A stretch of 64,000 nt of DNA, from contig CM120642.1 of the NCBI GenBank assembly GCA_051362555.1, positions 558,001 through 622,000 of the forward strand, written 5' to 3'. The stretch comes from Lingula anatina (taxonomy: Eukaryota > Animalia > Brachiopoda). A program made the position numbers and the translations under genes. The notes under the pieces were generated by a model that had not been told where the DNA came from, did no database searches, and saw nothing but the letters and a program-made list of their open reading frames with translations. This document shows positions 38,301-51,700 of this stretch, piece after piece; position 1 is the stretch's first letter, and every line of letters begins with the position of its first letter.

Positions 38301-41300
38301 AACAGTGGGAAAAAAACAACTTTTTCATGCCCGCTATTAAACCCTAACACGGGTAATTCTTTCAAATACTTCCGGAATTTTTAGCTTAGTTTAATTAAAT
38401 AATGTCCCTTTCAATCGGTGTCATCGTCACCATCGTCATCGTCCGTGTTCTCAGTCTCGCTCTCCAAATCTTTTGCAATTTCTTGGTCTAATTTTTCAAA
38501 AACTCAGGCAAACTTATTGAATTGAATCTTGTCTTGTCTGCTGCACGACTCATGTTTTGTAAGACAGCGATGAACTGTTGCACAGCTATTGCCGGCTGAC
38601 TGTTGGAGATAATGCACGTGGGTTTGTCATATCCAGGCACATTACTGCACACGCTTACACTTAGAAACTGGTATTCGTTTTCCAAGCGAAGCTTTTGGCC
38701 GTGTTCGTGGTGTTCGTGTTTAGACAACAGGCACTCGATGTCGAATGTGGCTCAATATCAGTAGAATCAGTCTTCCTCGGGGACAACAATGCCTTCGTCT
38801 TCCAGTTGCTCGAGGATTGTTTGCTGTGGCACGTATGCTTTCCCAGGGAAACAGTACTCCATGGTGCCGTTACAGGTCTGTTCGGTGCAGGGCGCCTTTA
38901 TGCTTAAACATTTTGTCATATTTCGAGCAGCAGAAAGAACTGGCATATTTACCCATGTCGCTGATGTAGGAAAAATGATGCTCGTATAGGTTTACTACCA
39001 TTGTCTCTTTGTGCCTGGTCATAGATCGACGGACAAGCTGTGCAATGGTTTTGCCATCTTCACATTCCTCTAACTCGTAGGCTGTGATGTTCACCTCAAA
39101 GATGTCTTCTTGTGTGTTAAGCTTTTGAAGAGGGACGCCTTTAAGGGTTTTACTTCGACATCCCGTCTCTGTTGCATATGTTTCAAACAACCGTTTGGTA
39201 GTTTTTTCAAGTCCATGAACAGGCCAGCCCCTGTGCAAGGCGAGACATCTGAAGATACACAAATTATTGTTGTACGGTCCATGATTATCTCCCTGCAGTG
39301 CGATCACATCTAGATTGTTCAAAATGTGATATGGTAAAGGTATACCTGCTCCAATTGGGTGACCTTTAGGTTTTGTCACATAAAGGGTAGCGTTGGTGAC
39401 CATATCCACCACCCATTTCGAGTTTGGTGGCTCTTTTGTATCATGAACTGTTCTTCAAAAAAACAGTGATTGTTGCTGCTGGGATGGTAGTACTGCAACA
39501 CCCCCGTCTTGCTGTTTCTTAAGAAGAATCCATACAAAATAAAAGGCGGTGTGTTGGTCATTTAAAATTTTTTGCGTTGTCTGCACTTGTAAATGTCTTT
39601 CCACAAGTAGGACATTCAAAGGGTTTGTTCTTGTTGTGCGTCAGTCGACGTCTGTTGAGGTGATCAGTTCAATAAAACGTCGCGTGGCAGATGTCGCAGC
39701 TCAAGTGTTTATTGCCATGAGCCACACCTTTGTGGCGAGATAGAGACCTTTTCAAACAAAACATCTCTCCCCAGTGTTCACAGGCGTATGCCATGGCTGC
39801 GGTATGTCTGAAATCAAGAAACACCAGAATATAGACATTAGACCTTTGTCTGATTGGTTCATTGCAAAACGTTAATTTATTTTGATCGGTTTAGATAGTT
39901 ACTGACTTGTGGTTGGATGGATGGCTAAATAAAAACCATTTCGTTTATAATCAAAATCAAAACGTATCTAACATTTGATGACGATGAACCCACCGTTTGC
40001 GAAAGAGGAAGATCAAATAGCGAGTTTCAGGTAACACCCGTTTCTGATTGGTTACTGAACAGAATATTTAAACAAATGTACAATTTCACCAGGCAGTTAA
40101 AGAATTGATGACAGCGAAGTATTCACTGATTGTGCTCCCGAAAATCATCCCTTGCATTCTCGAGTGCCTTTTTGCAAGGAAGACGATCGAATACTCAGTT
40201 ATCTAAACTGGCTCGGTATATTTCTTATCAACTCCATACCTCTAGCCATCAGCGGGTTTTACAGGGATCAAGAGGCATCAAATACAGACGAAGCGGTCCT
40301 TTGCTTTAACTGTCGGGTCAGTCTTAGGCTTTGTTCACATGGAATGTCTATTTTCTAAAAATCTATTTTCTATTCGCGCTATCTTATGATCACGGTCTGT
40401 GCCCTGAATATCCCACCGCGTAATAACTGGCAGCACGAGCCAGTTACTATAAATTACTATAAGTAACTGGCTCGCGCTGCCAGTAATTAAGCCGCGGGAT
40501 ATTCAGGGCAAAGACCGTGATCATAAGACATACTGCGAATAGAAAATAGAATTTAGAAAATAGACATTGCATGTGAATGAAGCCTTAGAAACTAGGATCC
40601 ATTGAAAGATGCAGCTGATGTCGAACACGAGTGCCACAGTCCACAATGTACCATGAATAACGTTGACAAGAGACTCAAGAACCCACTAAATGTTCCATTG
40701 ACCTCCGAAAAACGACACGAATTAGTTTGTCCCGATAGAAAAAAATCTAACTACACACCCAGTACAATGAAAACACTGTTGAACATAGGCTTTGATGAAG
40801 TGGACCCTGCTCCGTGGCCTAAGCCGTATACCCTATTCTGATTAGATTTTGTGTAGATCCGATTGGTTAAAAATATTTACTCCAGAGACTGTTTTAAAAA
40901 AGGCATTATTTAATAAGTGTCTATTTAACATTTTGCATTCTTCGAGAACTGTTATGGCAAGTCCATCCATTAAAATCGAGTGCGACGAAATAAGATGTGT
41001 AGTTGCATGTTGTCAGGGACAGACAGATGTAGTCAATGACCAAAGAGATGAAACGGAATGCGACAAAGAAACTGAGGAACAACCTAGCACATGTACAAGA
41101 ATATGGCATTACATCAAAACTTTACTCTGTAGTGTGAAACAAAACGCAGACAACTAAAAACGTCATCATGAGAAAAAGACCATCAGGAAACAGTAAGATA
41201 GATGGTTACTTAAAGAAAATATATTATGACCCTTCCAATCCAGCTAGTTTTGGAAGAGCATTGAAATTATATGAAGTGGCGAGAAAAGATAAAAGAAAAT

Positions 41301-42691
41301 CGGCCTGAAACAAATTAAGGAGTTTTTGGCCAAGCAAGATACGTATACACTACACGCTGGCATCAGAAAACGATTCCGTACCAATCGCGTTGTTGTTGGT
41401 CGTACGGATCAGCAATGGCAAGCCGATTTAGCTGACCTCACCAAATTATCAAAGTACAATAAAAGAATGAAATTTTTGTTAACTGTGATTGATGTATTTT
41501 CAAAGTACGCGTGGGCCGCGGCCATTAAATCAAAAACTGCTGATAGCGTGCTACAAGATTTTAGCAATATTTTAGCCGGAGGTCAAAAACCGACAATCCT
41601 ACAAACAGATGCCAGAACAGAATTTACAAAAAGAAAATTCCAGGCATACCTGAAAGAACAAGGAATAACCATTTTCACAACAAAGTCAGAACAAAAAAGT
41701 TCGGTCGTCGAACGGTTTGACAGAACCTTGAAATCTCACATGTACAAATATTTCACCGCTAATCACTTGTCAGATTCTTTCGAAATTTTGAAGGGCTGTC
41801 GTCAAGGGGACCACTTGTCACCCTATATCTTTCTCCTTTGTGCTGAGGTTCTCACAATCATGATAAAGAATAATAAAGATATTTGCGGAATAAAACTTGG
41901 TGACACCGAATTTAAAATAGCCCAGTATGCTGATGACACCACCCTTACAAGGTATATTAGATGGTAATAGGTCTTCTTTCTCAGAATCTTTCCGTACATT
42001 AGATTGTTTCTCAAAAATGTCAGGTCTCCATATCAACAACATTAAGACTAAACCAGTGTGGACTGGCTTAAGAAAATGTAGTCGGGAAGTTTTTCACCAC
42101 GTTAGATGGAAACTTGATTGGGGTTCGACTCAATTTAAACGATATGGTCACTTTAAACTTTGAGAAGCAAACAAGATTTTAGCAATATTTTAGCCGGAGG
42201 TCAAAAACCGACAATCCTACAAACAGATGCCAGAACAGAATTTACAAATAGAAAATTCCAGGCATACCTGAAAGAACAAGGAATAACCATTTTCACAACA
42301 AAGTCAGAACAAAAAAGTTCGGTCGTAGATAACCATTTGGTTTTTTCTGTTGCCTGTTTGAACACGTCAAGAAAACCGCTTGCTTCTCCGTACATTTGTG
42401 TAGCTAAGGTTCGTACTTGGAGAACATCTCTCGGGTTTTTCAAAAATATGAAATAGTGGCTATTTGAACAAAATGATTACGTGTTGTTACGTCACACTTA
42501 CATAACAGGTCCCCCTTTAAATGCTAAGAGTTGATTATGTAATAGTAAATAAGGTTATGTAATGATTTATAATATTACATGATATTACGTAACAGATCCA
42601 CCTGAGGCCCCTTCACGATGATTACATGCTGTTATGTCATACTTATGTCACAGGTCCCCCTGGGGTCCTCCTTCCAAATGGGGGGTGAGCG

Positions 42692-42729
<38 letters not shown>

Positions 42730-45700
42730 CAAAGGCCCGGACCAAATCTAGTCCTATGCATAAAAAGCCCAGACCCCATGTTGGCTGGGCCGATTCTTTA
42801 TGGTGCCTTTGCATTGTAAACAGCATAATGGGCAAGTTTATTGACCAAGTTAATTGGCCAAGCTGCCAGTTTGTTTGTACGGCATGTGCAGGGGATGTCT
42901 TAGATCAAGGCAGATATTATGATACTTACAGGTGTGGCAAATGGGATATACTTGTATTTCACTAATTCATTAGCTGTGATTTGTAAAATACATCCGGGGA
43001 TGATAATAGAGCAAAGTTTTGCTATTAATTCACACCTTTCTTTGTAATTTATCCTTAAGAAAATACAGATTTTCCCAAAAGGTCAACAAAACATTAAAGG
43101 ACAGACTTTTTCCTATAATCTGTATAAAATCTAGATAACTAAAATAACACACTAACAAATGGAGCCCACCTTTAATTTAACATTTCTTTAGTAAATGTTA
43201 CTAAATCAATCTACACGTCTTTTAAACATCTTTAAAAATATCATGTATATACATTACTTTTAACATCAGACTGAACTAGTGAAAATATAAAGATACCGGT
43301 ATAATTGTAATAGTTTTGGTACAAAAAATAAAATAATAAATAGCAACAAAATTACATATATAGATATACATCATATAATTATATATCTGGTATTTCAGAG
43401 GCTAGGTTAGAACCTTGGTTTAATCCTTATCCAGACCCATGTGAGCCTAACCCTTGCCTCAATGGTGGGTCTTGCATTAGACTTGGATTTGGAAATGAAT
43501 CAGACTACTTTTGCAGGTGTCCCATAGATTATTTTGGAGGACGATGCATAATACGTAAGCTTTGCCTGCTAAAGAATGCCAACCTTTGATTAAAGCCTGT
43601 AGATAACAGCAAATATTTCTAGGTTGTTATGCAAGAAATTAAACTGGGATTTATAATTATATTAATTGTAAACAAAAGCTTTCTTGGAAGAAATTATTAA
43701 AATAACTAATATAATTAAATTTCATTTATATAAACTTTGTAAACTGAAAGAGCATGTATAACATGTAATTGGTTTTACAAAATTACTTTTCAGGCAGATG
43801 TGACGCTAGCCCCTGCTTTAATAATGGCACTTGTGTAGTGTTATTTGATGATATACATGGTTACATACAGGCATGCAACTGTACTGCTAATTTTCATGGA
43901 GACCATTGTGAGTTAGGTAACATTATAAGGGCTGTACATAATAGCAAAATGTTCCAGGTTATAATGCAGAAAAATTAACAATGACAGAAGTTAAGTAAAT
44001 AAATATAGTAATTGCATTTGACCCTCCTGATGTGCTTCATTTACAACATATGTATGTGTGGTACCATTTATTTAATGTTGATGCATGCGCTTAGTAATGA
44101 CACAGAAAGGCGTTCATCCTTTTAGTGAGGAAATTGTGAATTTGACAGATACTGAATTTTTAAAGTCATAAATTCTTAAAATTCTATAAGTATAATGGTC
44201 GTTGGTCCAAATTAGAATTCATTTATTCTAGGCAATGGACCCACCAGAAATAAAACGTTTTTCTACAGACCTCATTCAGATGACATAACTAACACATTTC
44301 AAGTGACCAAATGATTAAGTGATATTTTATATAATCAAGTCATATATAATGATGTTGATGAAAAGTGAACTATGTCAATTTATATTTTTCTTTTTGGAAC
44401 TTAATCTACAGTGACATGTGGAGCAAATGCCCTGTGTATTCATCCAGCCACATCTAACATGGGGCATCATCAGGAATGTCCAGTAGAAACTGGCTACAAA
44501 TGTGTTTGCAATTATGGTTATGCAGGAGACGGAATAAACTGCACAAGTAAGTTTTATTTATTTATTTTTTTTTTTTTTGAAGTGGTTGGAAATATGTGAT
44601 TTAAAATAATGGAAATAGTGATGGGGTAGGAATAGTAGATAATGTACTGTAAGTGAGCCTCCTTTTCAGTGCAACTGTGTGTTAGAGTTGATGTCACTTC
44701 CTGTACTGAGATTCTGTTTCTTTACCTTTTTAATAAAGAAAGACTGTATACTAATAAATGCATGTATTTACCATTAGAGGTATTTAAATTAAAAGTGCTA
44801 CAGCTCTGAAAACAGACCTTAACATAATTATAATATGGCATAAAATTGTTTGAATCAGACTCTGATGCCAGGTAGGTAAGCTTTGCCTGCTTGAAGACTT
44901 AACATATCTGCATTGGTTAAGGACTAGATAGCAGCGAATAGCTAGGTAGCAATGTGGAAATATAATAGATAGAACAAAAATAATAAGATCATTTGATATG
45001 TATAATGGCCATTGGCCCATTACAGAATTCATCCATTCTCATGCAGTAATGCACCGGAAAGAAATAACACTTTTTTACAGACCTCACCCAGTCACCCAGG
45101 CCTATAACTAACATATTTCAAGCGATTAAGTGATATTTTATATAATCAAGTCATATAATGATGTTGATTAAAAGTAAACTATATCAATTTACATTTTTCT
45201 TTTTGGAACTTTATTTACAGTGACATGTGGAGCAAATGCCCTGTGTATTGATCTAGAAACATCTGAAATATCACATACTCGGGAATGTCCAGTAGAAACT
45301 GGCTACAAATGTGTTTGCAATCATGGTTATGCAGGAGATGGAGTAACTTGCATAAGTAAGTTTTATGAAATTAACAGATACTTGAATGGTTGGAAATATG
45401 TGATTTTAAATAATGAAAATGATGGGGGTTACTTAGTGGACAATGTAAGTGGGGATATATCCAAAGTACATATTTCCCATGAAATGTGATGGAAATATTC
45501 AATTCCATAAATTATTTTCCCCCCAGGTTATTTGGTTATTTGCAAGTCATTATAATAATTATAATTTATTGAGCACAGTAATGATATATATATATATATA
45601 TATATGTGGAAAAATAGTAATATTAGTAAATAAATTAGAAAAGAAAATTGTACATATATGAAGTTATACAATATACATTCTAAGCGGAATTCTAAGTATT

Positions 45701-48700
45701 TCTAATTAATTGTGTTTTTTCATAATTTTACTTATAGAACTTCCTACTGAAGTTGCACCCTGTGCAGACGGTGGATTTTGAATTTAGATTTATAATAATA
45801 AATGGTCTGGTTTACTATTGTTAGCTTGGCTGCCTAATTAATAAGCCCCTGAACCATCAGGGTGGTAACCCCTTTACTGGCGTCATGAACAATTATTGCA
45901 ATATACTAACACGAACCTTAGATTTGAGAGCATAAATGCACACATTTTAAGTAAAACAATACCAGTCACAAATTTACTAGCCCGACACACAACATTGGTC
46001 AAAAAGGTTGTCCCACCCCCATTCCCATGCACTTTTATATACAAATGATCACCTCACAGCTGTAAATTGTTAGAAATAATGCTTTTTATTACAGATACCG
46101 TGTCTAACATGATTAATGGTTAAAAAATAAAATAGTGGTGAAAATATACATATTTTATACCATTAAATAAAATTTATAAGAGGTACCCCCTCAAATCCCC
46201 TGCTTCACTGTGACTTCTACAGATGTAAAGAAATGTCTATAAAATTGAAAAAACGCCATCAAATGTCACCAAATTCACACACAAATAGCATTAGGGTGTG
46301 CTCATAAAAGATCACGTGCCTAACAGCGTGTGCGTCTACCGCGCACTGCAATTATCTCCTGTAGACAGCGCGACAAGCCTTCAACATGGGTAACAATTCT
46401 GTTTTGTGAGATTTTGTCCCAAACTTCTTAAACAAGTTGGGGGAGTTGGTCCACGTTTTTATGGGGTTGGTTCTCCTTTGCATTGCACACTCCAATTCAT
46501 GTCACAGTTGATTAGTAAGTTTAATATCAGGACTCAAAGATGGTTGTCCCATCCTCAGAGCCCTATGTATCTGCAGCAAATCATTCGCCAGACGAGAGCT
46601 GTGAGCAAGTGCATTGTCACAATGAAGCCAGTAGCATCTCTGAAGTCACCTCTGGCCATTGTTGATGCTCGGTAACAACTAAAATATATCGCACCTTAAA
46701 GTAAATGAAAATAAACTACACTATATATAATGGGGGCATATGGTACTCGAAATATGGCTGGTGACATTGCTTTTACTAAAAGTAAAATAAATGGTGTGAA
46801 TATGATATAACCTTAAATAATGTCAAGTAATAAAAATTATGTAATGTTTTAGACCTGGAATATGCAAATATCTAAATTTAAATAAGGCATATTGTAATGA
46901 AACCCTTTATACTTATATCATATAACGTGCAAAACACAATTGATACGTAATTTCCATGGTTTGTGTCAGATTTACGTACAGTCGCTCAAAGAATACCCAA
47001 GGACACATAATGACCAGTTTAATGGTTTATTTGTTGACGCTTGGTAACTACCTGATCTACATGAGGTAACCTTCGTCTGAACCCTCCAAGCAATGCATCT
47101 ACCATGAAGAAGCAAACTTGTTTCTACATACTGGTATCAGAAGACTTCCTGTTTGATAACATACTTAAATAATTCAAGTGATTAAGTGATATTATGTTAA
47201 AGCAAGTCATATCATGATTAAAAGTGAGCGATATTATCAATTTACATTTTTAAAATCTTATTTACAGAGAGGTGTGGGGCAAATGCCACATGTATTAATA
47301 CAGGCAATTGTGAAAGAGGGCGTAGTGACCAATGCAATGAAGATCTTGGATTCAAATGTGTTTGCAATCATGGATATGAAGGGGACGGAGTTGTTTGTAT
47401 CAGTAAGTTTTATAAATTCCTCACATTACTGGGAGGATCAGAAATTAGCTTCTCACGCTCTACAGGTTTATATCTGAAATATTACTTGTTAGTGAGGCAT
47501 GGTTCTCAGACCTTTATTTGTCTATCCCCTCTTGTTTGCCCATATAAACCTCTCTTTCTATACAAATATCTTTATCTTCAAATAAACTGTCAACTGATTG
47601 CATAAGTGCATGTATGTCTATACACCTGGAAGAGACATTTGACTTACTCAGCTACTAGTATTTTAATGCTTTAAAAATATTATATATATTGATAAGACAC
47701 TTCATAACATCCTAATATTGAAAATGTACAGAAAATAAATTAAATAGCAGACTGTAATAAATTGATAAATTTTTAATTTCCTAAGCCCATGAAAGGGTAG
47801 GGAAACAGAAAATTTGTTTAAAGCATAAAATTAAAACAACAGCCCCGATATTTGGCACTGTTTAATCCAAACTCTGACGCCAGTTAGATATGTTTTAGCT
47901 GCTTAAGGATATTGTTACCTTTTGCCAGAAACCTTGCCTTTGTTTAATGAAAATATTTATTTAAGGGCTCATAACTCCCAAATGAAACCATTAAAACAAA
48001 AGTGATGGCTACAATCCGGTGACCTTGGCACATTTTACGTGATAAAATCTTCAGGGATGAAGTTAGGCCTCACACCGATTCCTATCTCAGCTCAAAATAG
48101 AACGGTGTTAAACTGATGATTACATTAGAATTACCTATGCTTATACATAGCAGCGATAAATATTAACACTGATATTTGATATTTCCAAGGGGATTTTTAT
48201 TGTTTTAAACCAGCACAAAGATAGATGCATTATTGAACAATTAGATGCAAGAAACAACACTTTTTTCGGTATCTGGATGATAATTAAGGGTGACCATACC
48301 CTTAAAGGTACACATAAGCAAACTTGTTTTATAACCGGGATCAGATGACTTCCTCTTTAATAAAAATGGTGACATTGTGTTGTGTAAGCAAGATATACGA
48401 TGATGCTGATTAATAGCTGAATGATGTCAATTTACTATTGTTCTTTTTTTAATTTATTTCCAGAGAAGTGTGATACAAATGCCATGTGTATTGATTCAAA
48501 CACGTCTCAAATATTGCCTACTGATCAGTGCTTTGAAGCCATGGGCCTCAAATGTGTTTGCGATCAAGGTTATGAAGGGGACGGATTTACTTGCAAGAGT
48601 GAGTTCCACAAATTCTTCAGATAATTGAATGGGTCAGAAATATGTGATTTTAAATAATTATAATCAAAGCTTAGTCAACTTCATATTTTATCAATTTACA

Positions 48701-51700
48701 TATTCAATTTTAGGTAAAACATGTATTGTGACAAATGATCCATGGTATGAAATTAACATTTGGATTAAATTGCTGTTGTGTTTTATAAAACATGAAGGTT
48801 TGATCCTGCAATTCAGTATATATTCAGCCTGGATTATTTAATATGTGCAGTGCAATCCCAGACAGCCTCAGTGATCTGGCCCACATCTGGCCCAGATCTG
48901 GCAACGTCTGGCAATGTCTGGCAAAAGGTATGGCCCACGTATGGCTTGCCAGATGTGGGCCAGATGTGGCAATGTTTGGGCCAGATCTGGCCCAGACATT
49001 GCCACATCTGGCCCAGTCCACATTTGCTCATGTGGCCAGATGTCGGCCCAGATCTGGCAATATCTGGCAAAGGTATGGCATGCCAGATGTGGACCAGATG
49101 TGGGCCAGATCATATTTAAATGGGCCAGATTAGGGCCAGACATGGACCACATATGGCCCAGATTGTTTTTTTTTTATTATTTCACATTTGCTCATGTGGC
49201 CAGATCTGGCCCAGATCTGGCAATATCTGGCAAAGGTATGGCATGCCAGATGTGGGCCAGATTAGGGCCAGACATGGACCACATATGGCCCAGATTGTTT
49301 TTTTTTTTTTTTCTTTTTTTAATTATTTTCAATTATTCAATAAGATAACTATAAAAAAAGACATACAAGACTCAAGATTCAAGTATTTATTCTGTGCTAA
49401 AACCCTAAACAAAATTATTACACATTATATAACCTTGCTGGCAACTAACATGCAACAAATTAAGGGCCACTCCTTGTCTTTTTGTACAAAACAATTTGTA
49501 TGTTTGAAAAAAAAAAAAAAACCACACTGCAAAAAGGCAAATATACAGACACTTAACAGGAGGAAATGTCACTTACATACATGTAAAGAAAACAGTTATA
49601 ACAACAATTTTTTTTTCAACACAAAGCTGCTCATCGAATCTGAATTAACACAAATTACAAAAATTGTAATTAATTATGCATGTACATGGGGGGGGGGATT
49701 TGAGGGGGAAATATTTTTGCACACCTCAACCTAAATAATATTATACATTGTCATTTTTAAACTAATTCAAACATATCATTAATAATAATAATCACTAATG
49801 AATATAGTTTTGTAATGAATAAATCTTGAATAATGAATGAAAAAACATTCTTTTTTAGATGATGGAGAGTTATAACAAAATTATAAATAACCATGCAGTA
49901 ACTGTTTCAATTCAACTTGCATGCTGGCTACAATACTGTACATACATGTAAATTCTGAAAAAAAAAATATGTATACTCCAGCACAGATATAGATGTACAA
50001 TTAAAAGAGAATTACATGTGCACAAAAACAAACCCCAGTATCAATGCTTTTGAATTAAATCACATCACCAATCAAATCACTCAATGAATTGAACCAGTTT
50101 GCAATGCTTGCGCTTTTTTCAAATCCATAACACTAAGAAATGATACACCCGCCTCCTTGACAAGCTTATAATTAACAATGGAACAAGTAACTCTACCAAG
50201 TTAACAAAAGTTCATTCAAATGTCAAGTCCAAACACAACATCCCTTCCTTTCTTGGAGAGAAACGGTCCTTTCAAAACATGTTAATTGACAGTTCAGTCT
50301 TTAAAATGTCTTTTCAAACATTTGCAGAATAGCATATGAACTCCAACTTTTATTCCTTAAACCACACTGAAAATTCTCAAAACTAATCAACTCATATCAA
50401 ATCCCATGTCCTTTCACTACTACTGGTCTCTTCCTTTGCTTGCCTTTACGTCATATTCAAATGTTCCCTTCACTTTTAAAGGTTTCTCAGACGTGTATGA
50501 ATAATACTGTTTGTTTTCTGGTCCTCCACAAGAGCCACATTTATTTTTCTTGGACTTCAGCATTCTCCATGTATTTTCATCAATGATATTACAATATGCA
50601 CCTGAATCTGGTAATACACTGAGATTAACACCTCCTCTATATCCTCCATGTCTTCTGTGCATTGGTTCCCACACCAAATGTATATGCACTCCTGGATTAT
50701 CATGTTCAAAGCTGTCATTTACATGAATAATAGTTTCAGTTTTGCAGAGTTTTGCAAAGTGATCCAACGTTCCATGTTTTCTCAGTCAGGGAGTTTCTAC
50801 TTCGTTTTTCATGTCTAAACTCGTAATGTTTAGACTGGCTTGGTTTGTCAAATGACTTCAGTTTCATCATACTCAGTTTCTGGTGTTCCAATTTCATTCA
50901 AAGCGTTAACTGTCTTATGTATATTCATGTTTCTAACCTGTGTTTGGGAGAGTTCTGAAAATATCTTGTAAGTTGTACACCTGTCCCTGCTGAATACAAC
51001 ATAAGCGCGCGTCTCCTTTGTCATGTATTTTTAATTTTCTATCTTTGTTCATTATTCATGCCGTTCGTTGGTTTTGAAAAGATCAATCTTTTCCGTCAGC
51101 GAAGAGTTTAAACTGTCTAGCCATCGCGTCGAGCGTGACCCTAATGTCTCCGGACTTCTGTACGGTTCGAATTCCGTAATTTCACATTTTTTCTCCATTT
51201 TTTTCAAAGAAACTTGACTCACAGTTTTGCACTAGTGTTTATCCTCGTCGCCAGTGTTGATGCCTTCGAAATAAATCGCACCACGAATCAAATCACTCAA
51301 CGAAATTGTATCAGTTTGATACGCTTGTGCTTTTTTCATATCCATAAGTCTAAGAAACGCTACATCCGGGTCCTTGACCGGCTTAGCATAAAAAGCGGAA
51401 TCTTACAACAGCGGAACGAGTAGTCCAAAAAAGTTTTAGATCAGTGAATTCATTCAAATGTCAAGTCAAATTAAACAAATAGCACACTTATGAGGGGACT
51501 TTGAAGAAAAAAGAGAGAGATAAATTAAATCAAAATTTATCAAATGACGTCAGTTCAATGCATTCAGCTCACTGGTCAATAAAAAATAAATAAATAGAAA
51601 ATAAAAATTGAAAATGAAAGTACCATATCTGGCCCAAGTCTGGGCAGCATCTGGCAAAATGTGGCATAAATGACAGACTTTGCCAGACTTGGCCCAGATC

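Larger units (their letters stand above)
36285..42694. mobile_element. Internally deleted Polinton/Maverick in intron 1 of gene B
   Basis: AGTAGT left terminus; ~101-bp TIRs at 36298-36399 and 42594-42694; relics of protein-primed PolB, rve integrase and packaging ATPase; absent from copy A. Confidence 0.93.

Noticed and set aside
44839-44875. Micro-exon before exon 4b
   Set aside because: Candidate lengths of 13 or 17 nt break the frame, and the Cys frame has an upstream TGA; treated as a relic.
48824-49734. Overlapping ORFs in several frames
   Set aside because: Produced by stop-poor palindromic subterminal repeats of the EnSpm-like element.
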